In this document: piece after piece, positions 28,326-36,468 of the stretch
How the letters are laid out: every line of letters begins with the position of its first letter
Numbering within the stretch: the first letter of the stretch is position 1
Origin: Vicinamibacterales bacterium
GTDB lineage: Bacteria; Acidobacteriota; Vicinamibacteria; Vicinamibacterales; UBA2999
NCBI GenBank assembly: GCA_035496255.1
Contig: DATJEU010000071.1
Location: forward strand, 2,134-66,133
DNA: 64,000 nucleotides
Direction of reading: 5' to 3'
Notes under the pieces: model-generated
What the model was told of the DNA's origin: nothing
Databases searched by the model: none
The model's input: only the letters and a program-made list of their open reading frames with translations
Position numbers and translations under genes: made by a program

Positions 28326-28751
28326 ATGACACCCATCGACGTACAGGAGAAAGCATCCGGCCGGACGCAGCGCTGGATGGTCATCGCCGGCTGGATCGTC
28401 GCGCTCGCGCCCGCGTTCGCAGTGCTGACCAGCGCGCGCTGGAAACTGACGCACGCCGCCTCCTATGTCGCCGAGTTCGAGCGCATCGGCTGGCCCAGCA
28501 CGAGACTGGAACTGCTCGCGTTCCTGCAGCTTGGATCGCTGGCGCTCTACCTGATTCCGCGGACGGCGGTGCTCGGCGCGGTGCTGCTGACCGGCTATCT
28601 TGGCGGCGCCATCGCCTCGTACGTCCGCATCGGCGAGTACTACCCGCCACTCGTGCCGCTGACCACGTCGCTTCTCGCCTGGCTCGGGATCTGGCTCCGC
28701 GAACCGCGGCTGCGCGCGCTGCTTCCGTTCCGCCGCTCACCGCGAGGATAG
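28326..28751 (+). CDS. DoxX-like family membrane protein
   Basis: Start moved to ATG 28326. 4 TM helices. FERIGWPSTRLELLAFLQLGSLALYLIPRTAVLGAVLLTGYLGGAIASYV. Confidence 0.7.
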   Translation: MTPIDVQEKASGRTQRWMVIAGWIVALAPAFAVLTSARWKLTHAASYVAEFERIGWPSTRLELLAFLQLGSLALYLIPRTAVLGAVLLTGYLGGAIASYVRIGEYYPPLVPLTTSLLAWLGIWLREPRLRALLPFRRSPRG

Positions 28752-28802
28752 GGCGCGCGACAAAAGTCTGCGGCCGCGTTCGAGACGCGCGACGGCGACA
28801 TC

Positions 28803-29774
28803 GTGAAAGCCATACGCTTTACCGCTCACGGACCGCCTGAAGTCCTGCGGCTCGAGGAGATCCCGACGCCGGCCCCACAGGACGATCAGGTGCTCGTCCG
28901 CGTCCACGCGACGACGGTGAACGCGATGGAATGGCGGATATTCACGCTGCCGCGCTGGTTCATCCGCTTGATCGGCGGCTTGCGCAAACCGCGTGACAGT
29001 TCCGTCGGATTCGATCTCGCCGGCCGCGTGGAAGCCGTCGGTGCGGCAGTCACACAGTTCCACCCTGGTGACGAGGTTTTCGGGCTGGGAAAGGGCGCCT
29101 GGGCAGAATTCGTGTGCGCGCCGGCGACATTGCTGGTGCACAAGCCTCGCGGCGTCTCATTCGAAGCGGCCGCGACGGCTGGCGTGGCGGCGCTGACCGC
29201 GCTGCAGGGCGTTCGCGACTGCGCCCGCGTTCAGCAGGGTCAACGCGTGCTCGTGCACGGTGCGGGCGGCGGCGTCGGCACGTATGCCGTGCAGATTGCC
29301 AGGGCGCTGGGAGCGCGGGTGGACGGCGTCTGCGGACCGGACAATCTCGAGCTGGTCCAGTCGCTTGGTGCGGCTCGCGCCATCGACTACACGCGTGAGG
29401 ATTTCACGCAGACTCGCGATCGCTACGACGTCGTCATCGTCGTCAACGGCTCGCGCCGCATGCGCGACTACCGGCGGGTGCTGACACCGAGCGGCACGTG
29501 CGTGGTGCTGGGGGGATCGATCCCTCGCCTGCTGCAGGCGATCGGCCTGGGCCTGCTGCTCCGGTGGCGGCGCGGACAGCAGGTGCGCGCGATGATCGCC
29601 AGACCGAACCAGGCCGACCTGCTGGTACTCAAGGGGATGCTCGACCACGGCACGGTGATTCCGGCCATCGATCGGACCTATCCGCTTGCCGAGGCCCCGG
29701 CCGCCGTGCGTTATCTGATGGCCGGCCATGCCCGCGGCAAGGTGGTGCTGCGGGTTCGGCCAGTCGACGTTTAG
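28803..29774 (+). CDS. Zinc-type/quinone oxidoreductase (MDR superfamily, NAD(P)-dependent)
   Basis: MKAIRFTAHGPPEVLRLEEIPTPAPQDDQVLVRVHATTVNAME...VLVHGAGGGVGTYAVQIA. GTG start. Confidence 0.85.
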   Translation: MKAIRFTAHGPPEVLRLEEIPTPAPQDDQVLVRVHATTVNAMEWRIFTLPRWFIRLIGGLRKPRDSSVGFDLAGRVEAVGAAVTQFHPGDEVFGLGKGAWAEFVCAPATLLVHKPRGVSFEAAATAGVAALTALQGVRDCARVQQGQRVLVHGAGGGVGTYAVQIARALGARVDGVCGPDNLELVQSLGAARAIDYTREDFTQTRDRYDVVIVVNGSRRMRDYRRVLTPSGTCVVLGGSIPRLLQAIGLGLLLRWRRGQQVRAMIARPNQADLLVLKGMLDHGTVIPAIDRTYPLAEAPAAVRYLMAGHARGKVVLRVRPVDV

Positions 29775-29928
29775 CTCTCACGCCACGATGCCAGGACGCC
29801 GGGTTTTTGTGGAGGAAACAGAAACGCGCTGTCTTCTCCGCTTGCCGTCGCTCCGGCTCCGGACCTACGGAACAGGCTATAGACTCTCTACGTCTTAGGT
29901 GCTAGACTATCTATACCCTGGAGGCGGC

Positions 29929-30753
29929 GTGCAGATAATCCTCGTCGTAAGCCTGGTAGCCCTCACGGCTGGTTCCTCGATCTCGGCCGCTCCGCAACAG
30001 GCGGGTAAGACGTTTGACGTCGTGTCACTTCACGTCAACACGTCGGGCGCCGCGCAGAGCAATGTCGACCGCACACCAACCGGCGTCACCATCACCAATC
30101 ACCCGGTGCGGGTCCTCGTGCAGCTCGCGTACGGCATCTCGCAGCCGGCACGGCTGATCGGCCTGCCCGATTGGGCCGAGCGGGATCGTTTCGATCTCGC
30201 CGCCCGCGGATCGGTCGGCAGCCTCGACGACTTCCGCGCGATGATGCAGGCGATGCTCGCCGAGCGATTCGGATTCGCGGCTCACACCGAGCAGCGCAAC
30301 GTGGCCAGCTACAACCTGGTGCTCGCCCGGCGCGACGGCAAGCTCGGACCCTCGCTGATGCCGTCGACAAAGAATTGTCCGAACGGCCTGCTCGGCGGGC
30401 GCGGCCGCGCCGCCGGTGCCGCTCCGGACGCACAAAGGACGATGGACTGCTCGTTCCACAGCGGACCTGGTGAAATCGAACTCCCCGGCGCACCGATCAG
30501 CTCGCTCGTCTCCTTTTTCTCGCTGACGCAAGGGCGTCCGGTCGTCGATCGTACGGGGTTGGCGGGCACGTACGACATGCACCTGGTGTTTGCCCCGGAG
30601 CCGGTTCCCGGCGCACCGCCCCAGCCAGGCTTCGAGGGGCGCGCGACGATTACAACCGCCATCCAGGAGCAGTTCGGGCTGAAGCTCGAAGCGGCGACGC
30701 AACCCGAAGACGTGCTCGTCATCGATCGCATCTCGAAGCCGACCGAGAACTAG
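29929..30753 (+). CDS. TIGR03435 family secreted protein (second copy)
   Basis: GTG 29929 preferred (GGAGG 4-5 nt upstream) over track start 29899. Signal peptide, then FDVVSLHVN...VTITNHPVRVLVQLAYGISQPARLIGLPDWAERDRFDL...MLAERFGFAAHTEQRNVASYNL. Confidence 0.85.
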   Translation: MQIILVVSLVALTAGSSISAAPQQAGKTFDVVSLHVNTSGAAQSNVDRTPTGVTITNHPVRVLVQLAYGISQPARLIGLPDWAERDRFDLAARGSVGSLDDFRAMMQAMLAERFGFAAHTEQRNVASYNLVLARRDGKLGPSLMPSTKNCPNGLLGGRGRAAGAAPDAQRTMDCSFHSGPGEIELPGAPISSLVSFFSLTQGRPVVDRTGLAGTYDMHLVFAPEPVPGAPPQPGFEGRATITTAIQEQFGLKLEAATQPEDVLVIDRISKPTEN

Positions 30754-30782
30754 CCGCTCGCAATGCACACTTTCTAATAGCC

Positions 30783-31142
30783 ATGGCACTCCATTCATCC
30801 GGTTCGGACTCGCCCAAGGACCTGCTGCACGGCACGCTCGACATGCTGATCCTGCGCACGCTGCAATGGGGACCACAGCACGGCTACGCGATCGGCCAGA
30901 CCATCCGCGCCCAGTCGTCCGACGTGCTGCAGGTGGAGGCGGGGTCGCTCTATCCCGCGCTCCAGCGGCTGGCGAAGAAAGGCTGGGTCACGGCGAAATG
31001 GGGCATGACCGAGGCCAACCAGCGCGCCAAGTTCTATCGGCTCACGCCCGAAGGCAAGAAGCAACTGGTGCGCGAAGAATCGCGCTGGACGCAGTTGGTC
31101 AACGCGATCGCGCGGATCATGAACCCGGCATCGGAGAAATAG
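30783..31142 (+). CDS. PadR family transcriptional regulator
   Basis: LLHGTLDMLILRTLQWGPQHGYAIGQTIRAQSSDVLQVEAGSLYPALQRLAKKGWV...RAKFYRLTPEGKKQL. Confidence 0.95.
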   Translation: MALHSSGSDSPKDLLHGTLDMLILRTLQWGPQHGYAIGQTIRAQSSDVLQVEAGSLYPALQRLAKKGWVTAKWGMTEANQRAKFYRLTPEGKKQLVREESRWTQLVNAIARIMNPASEK

Positions 31143-31145
31143 GAC

Positions 31146-33809
31146 ATGGCTGGCTGGGACGACGGTGACTTCCAGGACGAAATCCGATCCCATCTCGCTA
31201 TGGCCGAGCGCGATCGCATCGAGAGCGGTTCCGATCCGGAGACCGCCTTTTATGCCACTCGCAAGGAATTCGGCAACGTCACGCTGACGACCGAAGCGGC
31301 ACGGCGTGTGTGGACACCCCGCTGGCTCGAGTCCGTGCTCGACACGTTGAGTGACGTTCGGCAGGCGATTCGATCGCTGGCGAAAAGCCCCAGCTTCTCG
31401 CTGATTGTCATCAGCGTGCTGACAATCGGGATCAGCCTGAACGCGACCGTGTTCGCGGTACTGAAAGGCCTCCTGGTGACGCCGCTCCCCGGCGTGGCCC
31501 ATTCCGGCGACCTGCGGGTCGTCATGCGGGAAACGCCGGGCGGGCGCCTGCTTCACCTGTCCTATCCGGACTTCAAGTTCCTGCGCGATCACGACACCGC
31601 GTTCTCGAGCCTGATGGGAACGATGTTCCGGCTGGAGCAGTACCGGATTGGACGGGGCGCGGGCTCGCGCCCGCTCTCCGTGGAGTTCGTCACCGGGAAC
31701 TACTTCCAGACACTTGGTGTGCGCGCCGCGCTTGGCCGTACGTTCGTCTTTCCCGACGAGACCGCGCCGGGCCGGCATCCGATCGCCGTGCTCGGTCATG
31801 GGCTCTGGCAGCACGATTTCGCGAGCGATCCAGCGATCGTCGGCCGTACGATCGAGATCAACCGGACTCCTCTGACCGTCGTCGGAGTTGCCGACGCCGC
31901 GTTCCACGGGACCGTGCCCGCGTACGACGTCGAGGTCTTCATCCCGATCCCGATGCTGACCGAAGTCGGCGCGCCGGAGATCAGCGGGGATCGCTCATGG
32001 AACGACGTCGGGGCGAATCGGCATGACGGCCTGCTGGTTGCGCACGGATTTCTGAAGCCCGGCGTGACGGCGGCCGAGGCGGCGAACGCGACCGATGCGA
32101 TCTGGACCGCGCTGGCGCCAGAGCGAGGCGCGGACGAACAACGCGAGCGACTCCACATCCTGCGCTTCTGGCAATCGCCAATCGGACCCCAGACTTACCT
32201 TCTTCCGGTCCTCAGCACGCTCAGTCCGATGGGATCGCTGGTGCTGCTGATCGTCTGTGCAAACATCTCGGGGCTCGTGCTGGCTCGAGGGATCTCGCGA
32301 CGTGGCGACATCGCAACGCGGCAGGCGCTCGGGGCGTCACGATCGCGAATCGTCCGCCTGCTGCTGGTGGAGACGCTCGTGCTGGTTGTCCCCGGGACAC
32401 TGGTCGGATTGCTCGCCGCGCAACGGTTCCTGGCGCTGTTCTTGTTTTACGTGGACCGGCTGGCGGCGCCGCAGCGGATGTTCTTCCCCGTCGAACTCGA
32501 CGCGATCACCCTCGGGTTCGCCGCACTGATCGCGATCCTGTGTGCGGTGGTGTTCGGACTGCTGCCGGCGCTGCAAACGTCGCGACTCAACGTCGCCGCG
32601 GTGATCAAACAGGACGGATCGACGCGGACCGGCCCGCGCGGGCGCCTGCGTTCCCTGCTGGTCGCGGCGCAGGTGGCGGTGTCGCTCGTGCTGCTCGTCG
32701 GCGCGGGGCTCGTCGGGCGCGGTCTCGAGGCGGCATCACGCGTCGATCCGGGCTTCGACGACCGCCGCGTCATTGTCGCCGGACTGGATCTGCAACAGCA
32801 TCGCTATACCGAAGAAAGCGGACGCGCCTTCTATCGCGATCTGCTGGAGCACATGCGGAGCGGTGGCGGCTTCGACGCGGCGACGCTTGCGACCTATCCT
32901 CCGCTGGCGTTCATCGACACGCCGACGGCCCGTGTGACGATTGACGGCCATGCCGCGCAACGCGGAGAAGAACTGGTGGCGCGCTTTAATCAGATCGGCT
33001 CCGACTATTTCCGCACGCTCGGCATCCGGCTGGCGGCGGGACGTCCGTTCGACGACCGCGACAGCGAAACGGCCATGCCGTCGCTGATCGTGAACCGCAC
33101 GTTCGCCGAACGGTTCTGGCGAACGCCAACCGCGGCGATCGGGAAACGCGTCCACATCGACGGCAGCGACTGGCGAATCATCGTTGGGGTCGCCGAGGAC
33201 GTGAAGTACATCCGCCTCAACGAACCGCCGCAGCTCTATTACTATCTGCCGCTGCCGCAAGCCTATCGATCGGCGGTGAACCTGTACGCACGGGCGAACA
33301 CGAACGTCTCGGCGGCCATTGCCAACGTGCGCGCACGCATTTCCACACTTGATCCCGATCTGGCCGTGGACATCGTTCAACCCCTGAGCGACGCCCGCGA
33401 CGTGGCGCTCATCGGCTATCGAACCGCCGCGATGATGCTCTTCATCTTCGGGGCCACCGGAATGCTGCTCGCGGCGATGGGAACCTACGGGCTGGTCTCC
33501 TACACCGTGCTGCAGCAGACCCGCGAGATCGGGATCCGGATCGCGCTCGGGGCCACCAGGGTCGCCGTCGTCCGCGCGTTCGTCGGTGGCGGCGTGCGGA
33601 TGGCTGCGATCGGCGCGCTCGTCGGGTTCATCGCCGCCGTCACGTTGACGCGACTGCTCGGCGACACGCTTTTCGGTGTCAGCCTGACGGATCCGCGATC
33701 CTTCGTGCAGGCCCTGGCCATCGTCATGGGCGGCGTGCTCCTCGCGACCGTCGTTCCCGCTTGGCGGGCGACGCGAACCGACCCGACGATCGCGATCCGT
33801 CACCAGTGA
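31146..33809 (+). CDS. ADOP-family duplicated permease (TIGR03434; FtsX/MacB-type, two permease modules)
   Basis: 887 aa. N-terminal FQDEIRSHLAMAERDRIESG...EFGNVTLTTE typical of ADOP. Two FtsX-type 4-TM modules. Starts 3 nt after padR. Confidence 0.95.
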   Translation: MAGWDDGDFQDEIRSHLAMAERDRIESGSDPETAFYATRKEFGNVTLTTEAARRVWTPRWLESVLDTLSDVRQAIRSLAKSPSFSLIVISVLTIGISLNATVFAVLKGLLVTPLPGVAHSGDLRVVMRETPGGRLLHLSYPDFKFLRDHDTAFSSLMGTMFRLEQYRIGRGAGSRPLSVEFVTGNYFQTLGVRAALGRTFVFPDETAPGRHPIAVLGHGLWQHDFASDPAIVGRTIEINRTPLTVVGVADAAFHGTVPAYDVEVFIPIPMLTEVGAPEISGDRSWNDVGANRHDGLLVAHGFLKPGVTAAEAANATDAIWTALAPERGADEQRERLHILRFWQSPIGPQTYLLPVLSTLSPMGSLVLLIVCANISGLVLARGISRRGDIATRQALGASRSRIVRLLLVETLVLVVPGTLVGLLAAQRFLALFLFYVDRLAAPQRMFFPVELDAITLGFAALIAILCAVVFGLLPALQTSRLNVAAVIKQDGSTRTGPRGRLRSLLVAAQVAVSLVLLVGAGLVGRGLEAASRVDPGFDDRRVIVAGLDLQQHRYTEESGRAFYRDLLEHMRSGGGFDAATLATYPPLAFIDTPTARVTIDGHAAQRGEELVARFNQIGSDYFRTLGIRLAAGRPFDDRDSETAMPSLIVNRTFAERFWRTPTAAIGKRVHIDGSDWRIIVGVAEDVKYIRLNEPPQLYYYLPLPQAYRSAVNLYARANTNVSAAIANVRARISTLDPDLAVDIVQPLSDARDVALIGYRTAAMMLFIFGATGMLLAAMGTYGLVSYTVLQQTREIGIRIALGATRVAVVRAFVGGGVRMAAIGALVGFIAAVTLTRLLGDTLFGVSLTDPRSFVQALAIVMGGVLLATVVPAWRATRTDPTIAIRHQ

Positions 33810-33858
33810 AGATCGGTCAGTGGTTCAGTGGCCAGGTAGTCCAGTGGTAAGCCCGCAG

Positions 33859-33935
33859 CTAGAGGCCGACCTTCAATAGGGCGGGTCTGAAGGCCCGCCC
33901 CTGCGACCCACAGGCGCTGAAGACCTGCCCTGCAA
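33859..33935. repeat. Cluster of three REP-like CTGAAG/CTTCA-loop hairpins (incl. GGGCGGGTCTGAAGGCCCGCCC)
   Basis: Read directly. Between the convergent ADOP and membrane-BON genes. Confidence 0.75.
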
Positions 33936-33959
33936 CGCGGCCCTGCCGCGCGACGGCTC

Positions 33960-35858
33960 CTACCGCATGAAATCGTCGACGCGCACGACGCCCGGCACGC
34001 GGCGCGCGACGACAATCGCTCGCGCACGTTGCTCGCGCGTCGTATCGTTGCTCCCGAGGTGCACGACACCGCGCTCGGCGGTGATATCCATCAGCACGTC
34101 CATGAGCAGCGGCTCGTCGAAGAACGCCGACCGGATCTGCCTGACGATGTCGCGATCGGCAGCGGACATGATCGGCGTCTGGATCATCTGCAGTTCCAGA
34201 TAGCGCCGCAGCTGATGCTTCCTGGCGTCGAACCCGCGCATCAGTTGGTACTCGGAATAGCTGTCGCGCAGTTCGTTCAGTGGTGCCGCGGCACGGTAGC
34301 GAAATGGACGCGGCGCTGGTGCTCCCGCTTTCAAGTCGCGCTCGGTCACGATCGCCAATTGCGCGAAGAGCACTGCCTGACCTGCGAACACCGCGATGCC
34401 GATCCCGGACCACACGCGCCTCATCGAGAAGTGGTGCGCAACCCACTGGAGCAGTCCCAGGATCGCGGCGCCAGCGATTCCCATGAGCAGCGTCCTTTCG
34501 ACGGCGTGTGCCTGCGCCAGACGCGACACGAGATAGGCAGCAACGAGTGCCAGCAGCAATCCCGCCGCGTATCGACGCGTTCTGATCAACAACCCGATCG
34601 ACACCGCCGCGACCGTGAGGGCCAGTCCCCAGCGCTGCGCGATCAACAGGTCGCGCCAGTTTCCGTATTGCGTCGCTCCGGCCAGCATCAGCGTGAACGA
34701 CCAGCCGCATGCGCCGATGACCAATGGCATCCAGAGTCGCGGACGACGACGAACGACGACCGCGAGTGCGACCACGAGCGGCATCGCCGCCGGCGCCATG
34801 CCGCGCATGCCGAACGTGGCGCTGCCCAGCCACCAGATGTACCAGGCCGACTGCACCCACAGATGGATGAGCACGGCGCCAATCGTCGCCACCCACAACA
34901 GGCGGTCTCTCGCGTCCGACCACACGCACGTGACGAGCGCCGCGAACGCCACGCCGTAAAGCGGATGGTACGTGAGCAGGCCGTGCCACGGATCGATGAG
35001 CACTGCGCGCAGCTCTGGATGCAACAGGTCTACGGATCGGAATGCCGCGTCGCCGAACAGGTACGGTGGGTGCCAGAGCGACCCCGTCATCCAGCGGTTG
35101 ACAACGAGGTACTCGGCCACGGCGAGGACCAGCGGCAACCCGACGGCGACGACTCGCGTCGGTTGAAGCTTCGTGCCGACGAGGACAGGTCCGACCGCAT
35201 ACACGATCAGGTACGGCCGCAGCAGAAACAGCAGACCGATGAGCACGCCGGCGACCACGGCGTCGAGCGCGCTCCAAAAGCGGCGGCAGTAGCCGAGCGC
35301 CCACACGGAGGCGACCAGCGACATGCCGAACACCTCGGTCGCATACGCGTGCGAGTAGACGCCTGCGTGCGTGCCCACGAACATCGCCGCGAGCATGACT
35401 ATCGCAGTGCTGTCCGATTCTGACGCTTCGCCATCCGTGGCAGGCATCGCCGCGTGAACCGCCGCCCATACCGTGACAGCGGCGGCGCCCCAGAACGCGA
35501 TGGCCGCGATCCAGCCGGCCAGGTACGCCGCGGCCGTGAGGGTCAGGAGGCTGCCGGTGGCGCGCTCCATCAACGCGAACAACACGCCGGGCTCGAACGA
35601 CCAGAGGCTGTAGGGAACGCCGGCGGGCGAGAGGATGTCGCCGCGCAGCGCGAAGATATCGTGGTCGAGTGCGGCGACCGCCCAATCGATGTAGTGTCCG
35701 AAGTCGGGACCATCGGTCGACACCGCGAACAAGGCGGCGCCGGACGCGATCACCGCCACCTGCTGCCACGGCCTCAATACGGCCCTGCGCGTATTCCGAT
35801 CCTGGAACGCTGGCGACCGATCGTGAGAGCCATCACGCGATGGCTGGAACACCCGCAT
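33960..35858 (-). CDS. Polytopic membrane protein (about 14 TM, GT-C-like topology suspected) with C-terminal BON domain
   Basis: 632 aa, very hydrophobic for the N-terminal 470 aa. C-terminus DVLMDITAERGVVHLGSNDTTREQRARAIVVARRVPGVVRVDDFMR is a BON motif. The alternative-frame ORF 33859-35769 is Arg-rich and rejected. Confidence 0.6.
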   Translation of the reverse strand: MRVFQPSRDGSHDRSPAFQDRNTRRAVLRPWQQVAVIASGAALFAVSTDGPDFGHYIDWAVAALDHDIFALRGDILSPAGVPYSLWSFEPGVLFALMERATGSLLTLTAAAYLAGWIAAIAFWGAAAVTVWAAVHAAMPATDGEASESDSTAIVMLAAMFVGTHAGVYSHAYATEVFGMSLVASVWALGYCRRFWSALDAVVAGVLIGLLFLLRPYLIVYAVGPVLVGTKLQPTRVVAVGLPLVLAVAEYLVVNRWMTGSLWHPPYLFGDAAFRSVDLLHPELRAVLIDPWHGLLTYHPLYGVAFAALVTCVWSDARDRLLWVATIGAVLIHLWVQSAWYIWWLGSATFGMRGMAPAAMPLVVALAVVVRRRPRLWMPLVIGACGWSFTLMLAGATQYGNWRDLLIAQRWGLALTVAAVSIGLLIRTRRYAAGLLLALVAAYLVSRLAQAHAVERTLLMGIAGAAILGLLQWVAHHFSMRRVWSGIGIAVFAGQAVLFAQLAIVTERDLKAGAPAPRPFRYRAAAPLNELRDSYSEYQLMRGFDARKHQLRRYLELQMIQTPIMSAADRDIVRQIRSAFFDEPLLMDVLMDITAERGVVHLGSNDTTREQRARAIVVARRVPGVVRVDDFMR

Positions 35859-36358
35859 CAGCCGACCGAACCAAGCCGGGACGCGCTGACGGTGTTCGAC
35901 GACCGTGAATCACCAGTCACGATCCGGCGCAGATAGCCGATCTGGCCCAGGTGAAACGCGGTGTGTGTGCACAGGTGCAGCAGGAATCGTCGCGTGGACA
36001 CGCGCACGCCGGCGTGCGCCTCGAATGGGGCGTCGAGCTGTTCGCCCGTCAGCCCTGGAAGGACGTCCTTGACCGCCGCGACAGCGCCGCGGAGCTGCGC
36101 AATGACCTCGTCACGAGTCCCGCTGCGTCGAGCGAACTCATCGGCGCGGTCGCGCTGATAGTCGTGCCCGCCGATCGCGTGGCCGATGAAGTACCGGATG
36201 TTGCCCGCGACGTGGAGCGCCAGGTTGCCACCGGAATTCGCGACGCCCTCGCGCACCACCCAGAGAGACGCATCGTCGGGATACATCGCGACTTCACGCT
36301 GGAAGCCTTCGAGATCGCGGAGGAGTACGACGAGGACGTCGTCGGTGATCGATGCCAT
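35858..36358 (-). CDS. DinB-family (DUF1572-like) four-helix-bundle protein
   Basis: 166 aa. LALHVAGNIRYFIGH...LLHLCTHTAFHLGQIGYL, the His triad pattern of DinB. Its stop shares 1 nt with the downstream start (TGATG). Confidence 0.75.
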   Translation of the reverse strand: MASITDDVLVVLLRDLEGFQREVAMYPDDASLWVVREGVANSGGNLALHVAGNIRYFIGHAIGGHDYQRDRADEFARRSGTRDEVIAQLRGAVAAVKDVLPGLTGEQLDAPFEAHAGVRVSTRRFLLHLCTHTAFHLGQIGYLRRIVTGDSRSSNTVSASRLGSVG

Positions 36359-36382
36359 GGCCCGGTCATTATGACCGGGCCA
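36358..36382 (-). terminator. GC-rich hairpin (11-bp stem TGGCCCGGTCA / TGACCGGGCCA, 3-nt loop) downstream of TBDR copy 1 and abutting the dinB-like start codon
   Basis: Perfect inverted repeat read directly. No U-tract. Confidence 0.5.
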
Positions 36383-36404
36383 CGTTGGTGTGCTCTCAGG
36401 TTTG

Positions 36405-36431
36405 CAGGCCGACCTGAAGGCCGGCCTCTAC
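36405..36431. repeat. REP-like hairpin CAGGCCGACCTGAAGGCCGGCCTCTAC
   Basis: A 25-nt core (36407-36431) is identical, in inverted orientation, to 57827-57851. Confidence 0.8.
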
Positions 36432-36468
36432 GATCGTCGCGATCCTGCCTCGACGAACGTCGGACCGC

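Noticed and set aside
33859-35769. 636-aa alternative-frame ORF on the same strand as the membrane-BON gene
   Set aside because: The translation is Arg-rich and non-hydrophobic. The 33960-35858 frame gives coherent TM helices plus a BON domain and a coupled start with dinB.
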